From Octopus vulgaris (lineage: Eukaryota), in contig OX597818.1 in NCBI GenBank assembly GCA_951406725.2, forward strand, positions 131,626,001-131,690,000: a stretch of 64,000 bases of DNA, read 5' to 3'. Below the pieces are notes generated by a model, which ran no database searches, was not told the origin of the DNA, and worked only from the letters and a program-made list of their open reading frames with translations. Made by a program: the position numbers and the translations under genes. Shown piece by piece: positions 12,602 through 25,263 of this stretch. Numbering within the stretch: the stretch's first letter is position 1; each line of letters begins with the position of its first letter.

Positions 12602-12970
12602 CCCTTTTGTTACTGTATTTATTTTGAGATGCTCTATGTTTCATTCAATTACTTAAAATATAGCAAAGAATTTAGTAAAATAACTTAGTTACCATTCAGC
12701 TAGTGTTAGGAACATAAATTGTGACTAAGGTTTTGTGGAAGATTTTAATTCAAAACTTATGAAAACAAGACATTTGTCTTGTTTTCATAAGTAGAAGACA
12801 CTTGCCCATATCGTAGAAGACACTTGCCCAAGGCAACATGCAGCGGGGCTGAACCTGGAACCATGTGGTTGGTAAGCAAGCTACTTACCACACAGCCACT
12901 CCTGCACTCATAAATGATCCTGCTCTATGCAGAGCCAGAACTAGTTTCAGCTGGGTTGGTAACAAAAGGG
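12602..12970. mobile_element. piggyBac-type MITE family 1 carrying a ~150-bp templated insertion
   Basis: TTAA at 12598-12601 and 12971-12974, TIRs cccttttgttac / gtaacaaaaggg. Colinear (inverted) with the 220-bp copy at 53221-53440 except for about 12777-12927. Confidence 0.85.
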
Positions 12971-13254
12971 TTAATGCGACTGTCCTCTAAGAGATGACAA
13001 TACTGCCATTTAACCCCAGGTAAACATCTCCTTCAGCTGGTTTATTTAGTGCACTTCTCACACCTGATATTTATAGCAAGCGGGAGATAACTCCTGTCAC
13101 CTTAGCTTGCCTATTTCATTTTCTCTTAAATTTCTTTATCGCTGTTTCTCTCTTCAGCTCTTTCATTCACCCTCTACCTTATTCTAATTCTTTCTCTCTT
13201 TCTTACACCCACTTTGACACTCATCTCTTGTAGATGACAATGTATAGTTAGAAT

Positions 13255-13569
13255 CCGGGCGTTGTGAGTGTTTATTGAGCGAAAACACCTAAAGCTCCAC
13301 GAGGCTCCGGCAGGGATGGTGGTGTTCCCTGCTGTACTCTTTCACCACAACTTTCTCTCACTCTTACTTCCTGCTTCTGTTGTACCTGTATTTCAAAGGG
13401 CCGGCCTTGTCACTCTCTGTGTCACGCTGAATATCCCCGAGAATTACGTTAAGGGTACACGTGTCTGTGGAGTGCTCAGCCACTTACACGTTAATTTCAC
13501 GAGCAGGCTGTTCCGTTGATCGAATAAACAGGAACCCTCGTCGTCGTAACCGACAGAGTGCTTCCATCC
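13255..13569 (+). mobile_element. 5'-truncated SINE family C, tail type 1
   Basis: Lacks the tRNA head. An 11-bp TSD atagttagaat flanks it at 13244-13254 and 13570-13580. Confidence 0.85.
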
Positions 13570-13961
13570 ATAGTTAGAATACAAGGACACTAGTTATTTG
13601 TTAGTATTTTCTACCGTAGAAGATAAGAAATAATCTCTTGATTTGTTTCACATCTAAACATAGATGCATATAGATGCTCAGCCACAATGGATATTCAGGG
13701 AATGTTTTATTACATCAGATTATAATAAAATAATCGTTCTTTATAAATAAATAGATAAATGAATAAATCTTTATGTCAGGTAACAGATAAATGTGTCCCA
13801 GTTATTGGTAACCTAATATAGTAAAGTGTTCCCAAATTATCTGTTGTGGTTGAGCATTTATATGCATTTGGGACAGCCATCATAAGATTCTAAACAACCA
13901 CAATGGTAAAACATATGTCAGAACTTTAAAATAAGAAACCTGTGTTTATCCTTATTTCTTG

Positions 13962-14275
13962 TATGGCTTAGTGGTTAGGGCATTCAGCTTGTGATTGTAA
14001 GGTCATGAGTTCAATTCCAAGTGGTATGTTGTGTCCTTGAGCAAGACACTTTATTTCCTGTTGCTCCAGTCTAATCAGCTGGCAAAAATGAGCTGTACCT
14101 GTAATTTAATTGGTCAGCCTTGTCATATTCTCTGTCATGGTAAATCTTGTTGAGAACTACATAAAGGGCATGCATGTCTGAGGAGTACTCAGCCATTTAC
14201 ATGTTAATTTCAAGAGCAGGCTGTTCTGTTGATTGGATTAGCAGGAACCCTCATTGTTATAAATGACAGAGCCCC
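13962..14275 (+). mobile_element. Older SINE: family D-type head with family C type-1 tail
   Basis: Head tggcttagtggttaggg...gagttcaattcc...gtgtccttgagcaagacacttt. Tail ...gagaactacataaaggg...ggagtactcagcca...gagcaggctgttc matches 13400-13560. Confidence 0.65.
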
Positions 14276-14314
14276 AGTTAAGTTTATATATATATATAAG
14301 TTTATATATATATA

Positions 14315-14520
14315 ATGTGACCTCGTGTGTACTGTTGGCGATTTTTTTTCCTCTGTCTTCCCTTCTCTGGATCTTTCCTTCTCCTATGTTTTCGACGAAG
14401 AGCTCCGCTCAAAATGTTAAACCCTCCTACTTTCCTTCTTTCCTGAGCGTCCAATAATACTATATTTGTTCCACGTCCTTGCGTTGTTGTGTTTTTTTTG
14501 TGCTTTCTTGTTTGGATTAA

Positions 14521-14567
<47 letters not shown>

Positions 14568-14760
14568 GTTCAAAATTACAGTAAACAAAAGACGAGGACA
14601 GGTGAGAGAACAGCAAGCAAGTGTATTAGTTTGATGCTCGGGAAGAATGGAAAAGTCTTTGATGCTTCAAGCCTACGATCTTCAACAGAAAGGATCAAGA
14701 GGTAAACATGGAGAGAGAGCAAAAATGTGTAGGGACTACCAGTTTAACATGATGAAATGA
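14315..14760. mobile_element. Two Penelope-like fragments facing each other across (TA)n, each with a decayed hammerhead motif
   Basis: Plus strand 14390-14420: tcgacgaagagctccgctcaaaatgtt. Minus strand 14655-14692: ctgttgaagatcgtaggcttgaagc, homologous to 39479-39516. Confidence 0.5.
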
Positions 14761-15669
14761 TGAGAAGTACTCTGTTCCTTGTTCTGTATATGTGTATCTA
14801 TATGTGTGAAAGAAGCTATGGGGCCTTTTATGAATATTTACCTGTAATGTTACTTTCCAGAGCACACGCCTGAGCAATTGTTTTTAATGGGCTACCTGCT
14901 GTTGCTTACGCATGCAAGTCCTCCATCTCCATGCCACCAATGCCAAATGCTATTACAAGAATTGCTTTTAGACCCTAAAGAGCTTGAACATATCAGTGCC
15001 CACAATGTTATTCCAATTAATACTCTAACAATTCTGTCAGTCCATCTGCCAGAATAGATTATTTATGGACATTCAGATGATGAAAAATAAAGTTACCCTT
15101 GGCAGGATTTGAACAAAGAACGCAGGGAACTGGAGCAACTACTGCAAGGTATTCTATCAGATATTCTCATAATTGACTCAGTTCTGTGTAGGTTATGTCG
15201 AATCCAGCCTTGATGACTGATACATCAGGCTCCTGTCTGTAGTTGTTCCTATATCAAAGAAACGTGCAGTCTTGTGTTCAACTGCAAGCATATATTTGTT
15301 AATCCCAAGAAGACAGCCATAATGATGTTGGCATGTGAAATATTTTAACAGCTTTAATATAATTTAGTTTGTTGTTATTTGACTCCAGGTCAGACCTAAC
15401 TGGGTAGATCTATGAAAGGTAGTCCAACCATGACTACTCCATTTTTCTCTTGAACACTGGATGTCTAGAACTAAATTTTATCCAAAGTATCACTTCATTT
15501 TTCAAAATAGTAAATTGTAATTTCAGAGAGATTTAGCTATTCATTTCGCAGATTATGCAACTCTGTGAAGAATCCCTTGCAATTTAAATGTAGCATTGTA
15601 TAATAATGTAATGTTATTGTTGTTGATTGTCATTGGTAAACTCTGACTGAGCTTGCCTATGATCATAAT

Positions 15670-16096
15670 CTGGAATCTGTCCAGAGATGTGCAACCAAAC
15701 GCATACCTTCCATCAGACACCTACCATATTCTGAACGCCTTGTTTCCCTGGGCATGGATTCACTGAAGCTCCGGCGTCTGGTGACGGACTTGGTAAACAC
15801 CCACAAAGTTATCAACTACCTCACCAACAACAACACTGAACACCTTTTTGATCTCCATGTGTCTAACACACGTGGACATGCCTACAAAGTCAGAAAACAA
15901 CACAGCTCCCATGACTTTCGGAAACATTTTTTCACGCTCAGAGTTGCTGAAGCATGGAATAAACTGCCTGCGTCAGTTGTTGACTGCCATGACACTGCAT
16001 CCTTTAAGGCCCTCATGCTTTCCGAAATCCGCCGAAACTACACCTGATTATATATACACTTTAGATGAGTTGTAGTGCACCTGAGCACTGTACACA

Positions 16097-16128
<32 letters not shown>
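15670..16128 (+). pseudogene. 5'-truncated CR1-clade LINE: ORF2 C-terminus, 3' UTR and (ATT)n tail
   Basis: In-frame LESVQRCATKRIPSIRHLPYSERL...LKLRRLVTDL...TRGHAYK...RKHFFTLRVAEAWNKLP is the typical CR1 ORF2 end. Stop at 16047, (ATT)n at 16098-16128. Confidence 0.85.
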
Positions 16129-16129
<1 letters not shown>

Positions 16130-16624
16130 AGTGCCCTAGCTGTATCCATTCAGAATTTTTTGAGGGTAACTATCTGGAAATACATTAGTAGATGCTATTA
16201 TTCTTCCTCTTTTAATTGTTTTTACTGGTTTCTGTCACTGAACTGCAGTCATACTGTGGTACTTATTCAAGGGTTTAATCCATCATATCAACACTGGGAC
16301 TTATTTTTAAGTGTGATACTTATTTTATCAAGCTCTATTTGTCAAACGAGCTAAACACTTCATATAAACTAATTTCAGCACAGACACATACACACAAACA
16401 TACATAACACACATGCATATATATATATATATATTAGAAGAAATGAGGTACTCAGAAAATCGGATGGTTTATATTTACAGATATTTATTTGTATATTACA
16501 TTTTTTATACATCATATAACTTAGATCATGTATTAGCGCTTTCTCCCATTCTAGTGGGGTTTTCAAATCAAACTAAGTTCCTGTGTATATATATAAATAT
16601 ATATGTATATATTCTTTTCTTCTT

Positions 16625-16830
16625 TAGGCACACGGTCTGAAATTTTTGGGAAGGGGGCCAATCGATTAGATCGACCCCAGTACGCAACTGGTACTTAATT
16701 TATCAACCCTGAAAGGATGAAAGGCAAAGTCAACCTCGGCAAAATTTGAACTCAGAATGTAAAGGCAGATGAAACACTGCTAAGCATTTCACACAAGAAT
16801 GCTAACATTTCTGCTAGCTCGCCACCTTGC
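16625..16830 (-). mobile_element. SINE family B
   Basis: ggtacttaatttatcaaccctgaaaggatgaaaggcaaagtcaacctcggc...gctcgccacctt. Confidence 0.75.
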
Positions 16831-19361
16831 ATACATATATATTATATATATGGTGGACCTCTACACTGCTTTTGTCAATCAAATTCACTAAAAAGGTAAT
16901 GGTTAGCTCTAGGCTATAATAAAAAACACCTGTCCAAGGTGTCATTCAGTGAAATGGAATTCAAAACCATGTGGTTGTGAAACAAAACTTCATACTAACA
17001 GCCATGCCTTCAACAGTAAATATGAATCCATACTATAGTAAATAAGATATATATATGATGTGCTTCCAATTAATTTTTGCTAGGTGAACTCACATGTATA
17101 GAATTAAGTATACAGTATCCAAATGTAGAACAAAATACTTGCAGTGAAATTAAACTCAAACTTGATGAGCAGATAGCCAAACATCATCTCTACTTAGAAA
17201 TTTTGCTTTTTATCAGAAGAATATTTTTGGACGAAGATAATTTCAATTGCTGAATCATCAATGTATCTGATTCTCATCAATATTGTTTCTATTGCTGGAG
17301 TCCCTTTTGTTTCATTTTCACAAAATGAAGGATATCTTAATTGGAGACATGTACCTCACAGATATATTATTAACTAACAATTATAATCATAGATGCTATA
17401 TGACAGGATTCATAGAAAGTAATAAGTTTATATCCTGAAGTTTTCTACTCAAAGAATTAATCCTCATCACAGTCAGTCTAATATTTAAATTTGTTATTCA
17501 TAGGAAAATATTCTAACTGCAGTTTGAACTGGTTCACTCAGTATAATACACATAACATCAAAGTAACAACAATGAACAACTAGACAAATAAATAAAGTAA
17601 TGATAATAAGGAAACAAAAGAAATAAGGTAGAACAGATTCTTCAAACATATGACTTAATTAAACAAACAATATAAAGCAAAAATAAACCAATACAAAAAA
17701 ATGAATGTAAGACCTGATTTAAATTCTTGAATGCTTATTATGAAAATAAAGTAAGTCCATACCGATTCCAAGACAGTGGAATTATATTTATTTTTATTAT
17801 ATTTATTATATTTATCTATTTCTTTCTTTTTATAAAGTGAAATTACTTTGACATACACCTACCTACTTAACCCAATATAACAAACATAAACACAATCATA
17901 TCTACACAGAAACTATTTCAGATTGATCCACTACTCACACAAACATTTCTGAACTATACATACATCGGCATACATATATGCATATCTATATATCCACATA
18001 CAAATACATACACTTCATCTAAATGAATATATTCACTCGGAGATAAAAATTCATATACACTTAAACACAACCACACATCCCCACGTCGTATTTATAATGT
18101 ATATATATTGATGTGGGATTAAACTGATTGAATGGTGAGGTTTTCATTTATTTTTGTTGATGTTGTTGTTGCTATTGTCGTTGTTCTTGATGAGGATGAC
18201 GTCTTTGTAGTTGACTATGGAAGCTTCCTTCTCATTTATTGATGTGGTGTTTTAATTTTTGCTTTTGCGGCTTCGGAAATGGTCATTCGGAATAACGTAT
18301 ACTATAAATTTACGTTTGTTTCAAGGATAAATAGTTAAATCCCAGGATTGACTGTCTTAAGAAATGACAGCCTTGTTTCTTTCTATATGGAGGTGTGGAG
18401 AATGGGAAATTAAAGGAGAGATACAGGCAGAGAGAGACAGAGGGAGAGAAACACACAGAGAGGGGGGAGAGAGAAATAAAGAAAATAAGTGGATCAGAGA
18501 AGGGAAGTAAAGGAAGAAATGTAGAGTTACCACAATATTTTGTTAAAATTAAATGCAAAACAACTAATAATTACATAAATGAAACTATGTGTGTGCGTGT
18601 GTGTGTTTGTGTATAAATACACATATATATTTATATATAATATATATGTACAAATGTGTGTGTGTGTGTCTATAGATAGACATACTGCATTTGTATGTAT
18701 ATGTGTGTATGTACAAACATGTACATTCATATGTACACATATCCATATATACATATATTTACGTCTATATATGTATGTTTATATGCATGTATGTATATGT
18801 ACAATATACTTATAAATATAAATGTGTGTGTGTAAATATATGTATACACACATATATACATATATATACACACACACATATATATATATATATACTATAT
18901 ACACACCACACACATATATATATATATATGTACATGTATGTATGCATTCAAGCATGTGTGTATATGTATGTAAATATATTTATGTACATACATATGTACA
19001 TAATGAAAATGCCTTTTCGTTTTCATTTAGAATTACAATCAGACATAAAAGAAAAGAAAAGCTCTCTAACCAGGAACACATCTTTTTCTTTCTAAGAAAC
19101 TCCAAGAAAACTGAACAGTAATCTTCTAATTCCATTTGATTTTAGTTAAGAATTCTATCATGTTTGTTTTCTAGCAACTCGGTCATATATCCACTAATGT
19201 CAATGCAACTAAGACTAAGCAAGTATAAGACATATAGCTGAAATCTAAACTTTACACTTCTTTGAATATCCACCGGCAAAAGAAATCTTTCATAGGCTTA
19301 TTGGAAGTTAATATCTTTTCCCCTCTTTCCTCTTATCTAATCTTATTAATTTCATCATTCA

Positions 19362-19363
<2 letters not shown>

Positions 19364-19420
<57 letters not shown>
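19364..19420. repeat. (ATT)n microsatellite
   Basis: Perfect trinucleotide tract. Others at 25190-25261 and 29983-30032. Confidence 0.95.
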
Positions 19421-19422
<2 letters not shown>

Positions 19423-21084
19423 GCATTTCTTTAATAAATAATAAATAAACAATAATTAGACACACACACACACACACACATATAAATATGTGTACATATA
19501 TTTTTATAAACAGTGGTGTATACATGCACACACATTCATACTCATATGAAATTTTTCTTTTAATTTAAATTTTTTTTCTTCTTTTCAAAATATGGTTTTG
19601 TTGTGTTATTTTTGTGATATTAGTGTGTAGTTCATATTTATTTTTGATCCTTATGAATGAATGTATCAGTCAGTAGGCTTGCAGTGAACAACTGACATGT
19701 CTTCTTTTGTTGTAATATATTTTTACATTACCCCCTGATATTTCCTCAGTTCAAAGCTAACTTAAAATTACATAGTATAAAAATTTCTACGCAGAATGCG
19801 AAACCATTTCACAAGCGTCCAGCATGTGTACAGTAAATCCTTTTACTTCAAGTCAAACACAAAACAAAACTTATATTAATTATTTGACTCCCTAATCAGA
19901 TTACTTCACCAGAAAAGCACGAGCTCCAATGTACGAAAATGAAATTCAACCAAGGATAAATCTCATAAAACATCACAAGTTATAAAAATAGACAAACAAC
20001 TATGTCATGTTTGTTGTTATGTTGGATTTGTGAGAATCTCATTTCTTTTCTGTATGTATATATATTTATGTTTGTATATCTGTGCAAGTGATAGGACATG
20101 CTTTTGTGATAGATTCTTTGTATGTGAGGAAGTTCTTACACAAGGTATTAAAAAAACCAACAAAAATGTAAGAAATATTTTTTGAAAAATTAAAATTAAA
20201 ACTCAAAATTTTTTGAAAACAAACAAAAAAATTTTGAAAAGATCTTTAAAATTATTATCTAATATTGAAAATAATCTTCGAGATGCCATTTAATTGCAAT
20301 ATGAAGGATTCTATAATTGAATAAAATCACCATGAGGCATAATAGCTAATATGCTATAATAGATATAAATGATAAGTGAATTGGGATATTTGCACATGTA
20401 TATTTATGTCTATATGTGTTTGAATATATATACATGTGTGTGTGTGTGTGTGTGCATATGCATTCATGCATTTGATATATAATAATATTAAATATTTCAA
20501 GATATTAAATAAAAGAATACAATAACTTTTAAATCAACACAAAAACCCAACAAAAATAGGAAGGAAAATACTGAAGATTTTCAAGTTATGAAATATATAC
20601 ATTCAAGTCTTGTCACTTTATAATCATGACACATAAAATATATATATATATATAAATATAAATGAATAAATTCAGACATGTATGTATGTATGTATTATGT
20701 GTGATTAAGAAGTTCACTTCCCTACCACATGGTTTCAGGATCAGTCCTACTGCGTGATGCCTTGGGCAAGTGTCTTCTAGTAGAGCTCCAGGCCAACCAA
20801 AGTCTTGTGAGTGGATTTGGAATATGGAAGCTAAAAGAGGCCTAGTGTGTGTATATATATATATATATATGTGTGAGTGTATATGTATATACATGTGTGT
20901 GTTGTGTGTTTGTGTATGTATGTGTATATATGTGTGTGTACATGCATTTGCATATGTGTGGTGTGCGTTTATGTATTAATGTGTATGTGTATATCTATGT
21001 ATGTTTGTTCCTTTTTGTTTTGGCATTGCAAGATTGCTATAAAAGAGTATCCCTATCATACGAACACTATTATTTCTTCCCAAA

Positions 21085-21320
21085 AGGGCAGTGAACTGGC
21101 AGAAAAGTTACCACACCGAGCGAAATGCTTAGCGGTATTTCATCTGCCGTTATGTTCTCAGTTCAAATTCCGCCGAGGTTGACTTTGCCTTTCATCCTTT
21201 CGGGGTCAATAAATTAAGTACTAGTTATGTACTGGGGTCGATGTAATCGACTTAACCCCTTTGTCTGTCTTTGCTTGTCTCCTCTAATTTTAGCCCCTTG
21301 TAGGCAATAAAGAAATAACT
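21085..21320 (+). mobile_element. SINE family B, tail type 1
   Basis: gagttcaaattcc-like B box, central domain, tail ttagccccttgtaggcaataaagaaata. Confidence 0.75.
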
Positions 21321-21576
21321 ATTATTTGTTCCCAATCTTCCATGAAAACATGTATGGGGAAATATTACATTGCTTGGAAACAAACGCAGATTGGTGACTG
21401 GAAGAGCATCCAAACATAGAAAATCTGCCTTTGACAAACACAGTATAACTCAATGAATCTCAACTGAGGTCCATTTGACCCTAGAGTGTCTAGATAAGAT
21501 TTTGTTGTTAAAAATCATGCGCTTTAAATTGTTTGTACTTCTACAATACACAAAATATTTTTAAAATTTTGTATAG

Positions 21577-22003
21577 GTGCAGGAGTGGCTGTGTGGTAAG
21601 TAGCTTACTTACCAACCACATGGTTCTGGGTTCATTCCCACTGTGTGGCACCTAGGGAAAGTGTCTTCTACTATAGCCTCGGGCCGACCAAAGCCTTGTG
21701 AGTAGATTTGGTAGATGGAAACTGAAAGAAGCCCGTTGCATATATGTATATATATATATATATGTATGTGCGTGTATATGTTTGTGTGTCTGTGTTTGTC
21801 CCCCCCCCCCCAACATCGCTTGACAACCGATGCTGGTGTGTTTGCATTCCCGTAACTTAGCGGTTCGGCAAAAAGAGACCGATAGAATAAGTACTAGGCT
21901 TACAAAGAATAAGTCCTGGGGTCGATTTGCTCGACTAGAGTCGGTGCTCCAGCATGGCCGCAGTCAAATGACTGAAACAAGTAAAAGAGTAAAGAGTAGA
22001 GAG
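21577..22003 (+). mobile_element. SINE family A, full length
   Basis: ggtgcaggagtggctgtgtgg ... gactgaaacaagtaaaagagtaaagagt. Confidence 0.85.
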
Positions 22004-22446
22004 TAATACCATTCCTAACTATATTTAAGTATAAAAATATAACAGGATTTTTTTTAAATATCCAAAATCTATGGGGATTCAGAAGAATAAAATAAGAATC
22101 AAAGGGGTCCATAGGCAAAAAAAAATTGCTGAGGATCACTGCTCTAATCTATGCATGCAGGAAAAAGTGGATGTTAAATTGATGAGGATGATAAGACTGT
22201 GTAACACAAATTTTGTCCTTGGGTAGCAACTATTATTTCCTATTTATTTACCTCTGGAAAGTATGAAAAATGGCTAATATTTCCTACAAACTTTGCTTTT
22301 GTTATGATATGTATTCAAACCCAAAAGAATCCCTCTCAACACATGGATAAGATGCTGCCTTGCTACATTTATTCCAGTTCTTTACATTTTAAATTCAAGT
22401 CCTACTGAAGTTAATCTGCCTTTTATCTTTAGTGCAGGTGATGATG

Positions 22447-22776
22447 CTCCTGTGCCAGTGGCACATAAAAAGCACCATCCGAATGTGGCCGATGCCAACG
22501 CTGCCTTGGCTGGCTTCCGTGCCGGTGGCAAGTTAAAAGCACCAACTGATCGTGGCCGATGCCGGAGCCCCCCTGGCACCTGTGCAAGTGGCACGTAAAA
22601 AGCACCCACTACACTCGCGGAGTGGTTGGCGTTAGGAAGGGCATCCAGCTGTAGAAACTCTGCCAGATCAGACTGGAGCCTGGTGCAGCCCCTGGCTTCC
22701 CAGACCTCGGTCGAACTGTCCAACCCATGCTAGCACGGAAAACGGATGTTAAATGATGATGATGATGATGATGATA
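22447..22776 (+). mobile_element. Family E retroposon with ~3 internal 60-bp repeats and (GAT)n tail
   Basis: Repeated gtgcc.gtggcacgtaaaagcacc, then gagtggttggcgttaggaagggcatccagc, then tail aacccatgctagca...(GAT)n. Confidence 0.8.
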
Positions 22777-22894
22777 TTTTCAGGATTAATAAAATAAAAT
22801 ATCAGTAAAGCACTAAGGATAATGTAATAGCTTGTCCCATATGCTAGATATTTGGCCTTATAAGAAATTATTGTTATTATTATTATTACAAGTA

Positions 22895-23363
22895 AAGCAG
22901 TGAGATAGCTGAATCATTAGCATGCTGGGCAAAATGCCCAGTGACATTTGGTCCGTCTTTATGTTCTGAGTTCAAATTCTTCTGCAGTCAGTTTTGCCTT
23001 TCATTCTTTTGGGTTTGATAAAATAAGTACTAGTTGGACACTGGGATTGATATAATCGAATTACACCTCTCCTGAATTTGCTGGCTTTGTGTCAAAATTT
23101 GAAATCAACATCATCATTATTATTATAATTACTAGTCAGGCAGTGAGCTGGCAGATTCATTAGTGTGCTGGGCAAAATGTTTAGCAGCATTTCATCCATC
23201 TCTACATTCTGAGTTCAAATCCTGGCAAGGTCAACTCTGCCTTTCATCCTTTCAGGATTGATAAAATAAGTACCATTGAAACACTGGGGTCGATGTAATT
23301 GACAACTCCCCTTCCCCAAATTTCAGGCCTTGTGCCTATAGTAGAAAGGATTATTATTATTAT
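22895..23363 (+). mobile_element. Two tandem SINE B copies, each preceded by or ending in (ATT)n
   Basis: Copies at about 22895-23105 and 23138-23350, separated by ATT-rich sequence. Confidence 0.7.
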
Positions 23364-23624
23364 TGAGTGAGAAAGTAATGTATGCCATCAAAGTCACACT
23401 GTTCCAAACCCCACTTGTCTCATGTGTTGTATTATCCCTATTTGTTTTGTATTCAGCTCTTGTGACCAATGAAGAAATCATCATTATTATTATTATTATA
23501 GGTTTGCTTCTCAAACATGTGGTCTTTGCTTCAGTGCCACTCAGACTGACCTAAGTCTTGTGAGGGGATTTAGTTGAGATAGAGACTGAAAGGAGTCTAT
23601 CATATATATATATATATATATATA

Positions 23625-23965
23625 AATAAATGAAAGAATGGAGTTGAATGACGAATTAACAAAATTCCTTTATTCTCGACATATGTTTCGAAGGCTGCAT
23701 ATTCCTAATTTCGAAGGAATAAGGGGTGCATTATGCCGCCTTCTCATCAGGAAAAGCAAGGAACTTATGTCAGCATCAAGATGAACAAAAACTTTTAGAT
23801 GACTGCCCACACATATATTTATATAAAACCCACAAATTTCCACACGAAAGCATGTGATCTCTGCCCTTGGCATGTAGCTTCAACCGTGTTTTTCTGACAT
23901 GAATTTGCTACCCAGGTATCGGTTAACCGAATTATCCATAATAAGATAATTCATTCAACTACTCA
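23625..23965 (-). mobile_element. Penelope-like element terminal fragment between (TA)n tracts
   Basis: Its first ~165 bp match 38378-38548. It contains a type-I hammerhead motif followed by AATAAA on the minus strand. Confidence 0.6.
23673..23755 (-). ncRNA. Minimal type-I hammerhead ribozyme motif
   Basis: Minus strand: ttttc-CTGATGA-gaaggcggcata...tatgcagccttc-GAAA-catat-GTC-gagaa. Helix I, core, helix II, a palindromic short helix III and a GUC triplet are all present. Confidence 0.7.
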
Positions 23966-23984
23966 AATATATATATATATATAT

Positions 23985-24061
23985 AAATACAATAAGAGGC
24001 TTCCAAATAGGAAAGCATTGTGCTAGAACGCTTCCTTGTTTGGAAGCCTCTTATTGTATTT
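23985..24061. repeat. 77-nt hairpin with perfect 23-bp outer stem
   Basis: aaatacaataagaggcttccaaa / tttggaagcctcttattgtattt, with further inner pairing aggaaagc / gcttcct. Confidence 0.85.
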
Positions 24062-24162
24062 CTATATGAATAATATATAGTCTAATGACTAATTCGTCTT
24101 TTGTGCTAGGCCACTGGTAATAATAATTTATTATTATTATTACTACCCTATTTTATTATGTT

Positions 24163-24208
<46 letters not shown>

Positions 24209-24967
24209 ATGGGCTCCTTTCAGTTGTGTGTGTGTGTATACACACACACACATATATATACATATACACACATATATATACAGATATATACATACAGATA
24301 TAGTTTATTTATGCATGTATTTTTGTGCAATTTGAAATCAGTGTTGGTTTGGTTATGCCCTGTGACTTAGTGGTTCAGCAAAAGAGATCAGACAGAATAA
24401 GTATTAGGCTCTAGAAAAATGAGTACTGTGGTTGATTTGTTTGACTAAACCCTTCAAGGCAGTGCCCCAGCATGGCCACAGTGCAATGACTGAAATATGT
24501 AAGAAAGTATTAGCAACAGCGGTAGCTATGCCCAACTGTTTCAGAGCATAAGAAATTAAATCAATATGACTGTAGTTACATTTTCAGTCATGTTATGTGT
24601 AACAAACTGTCGACATGAAGTGTTGAACTATAATATTTTTGTGTAGAGAGGCAGTATATGTGTGTATTAGTGTTTCTTTGTCTATGTGCATTCATGCAAA
24701 AATATCATGACATCATATGACCACATGAATGAGTGTTCAATTTACAGAGAACATCACTTTGCAGAATGTGTGTGTGTGGCAAGCTCTACTTAGTTATAAT
24801 ATTTTTCGCAATTTGTATAAATATAAAAGCCTCAAAATGTTTGTTTACTCATTACACAACCTTATACTCTTATTATTATGAAAATATTTTTCAAACTATA
24901 TTCTTTTTGTATATTTTCAAAAATTCTTCTTTCTTCTGTATAATTATCATCGTCATAATAATCATTA

Positions 24968-25190
24968 TTAAAGTAACTAGATGGCAGAATCATTAGCAAG
25001 TTGGACAAACTGCTTAGTAGTATTGCTACCAAATCATTTTTTTGTTTTGAGTTCAAATTCTGCTGTGGTTGACTTTGCCTTTCATCCTTTCGGGGGTTAA
25101 TAAATTAAATACTAGTGAAACACTGGGTTTGATGTAATTGATTTAACCCCTCCCACAAGGTTTCAGGTCTTGTGCTTGTAGTAGAAAGGA

Positions 25191-25263
<73 letters not shown>

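Noticed and set aside
18527-19121. Y/I/V/C/H/T-rich ORFs here and at 20613-21182, 41961-42241 and 43221-43602
   Set aside because: These are translations of (TA)n, (TG)n and (CA)n microsatellites.
24330-24345. Match to the 3' part of miR-29b (atttgaaatcagtgtt)
   Set aside because: The seed is absent, there is no hairpin, and it lies in a decayed SINE A.
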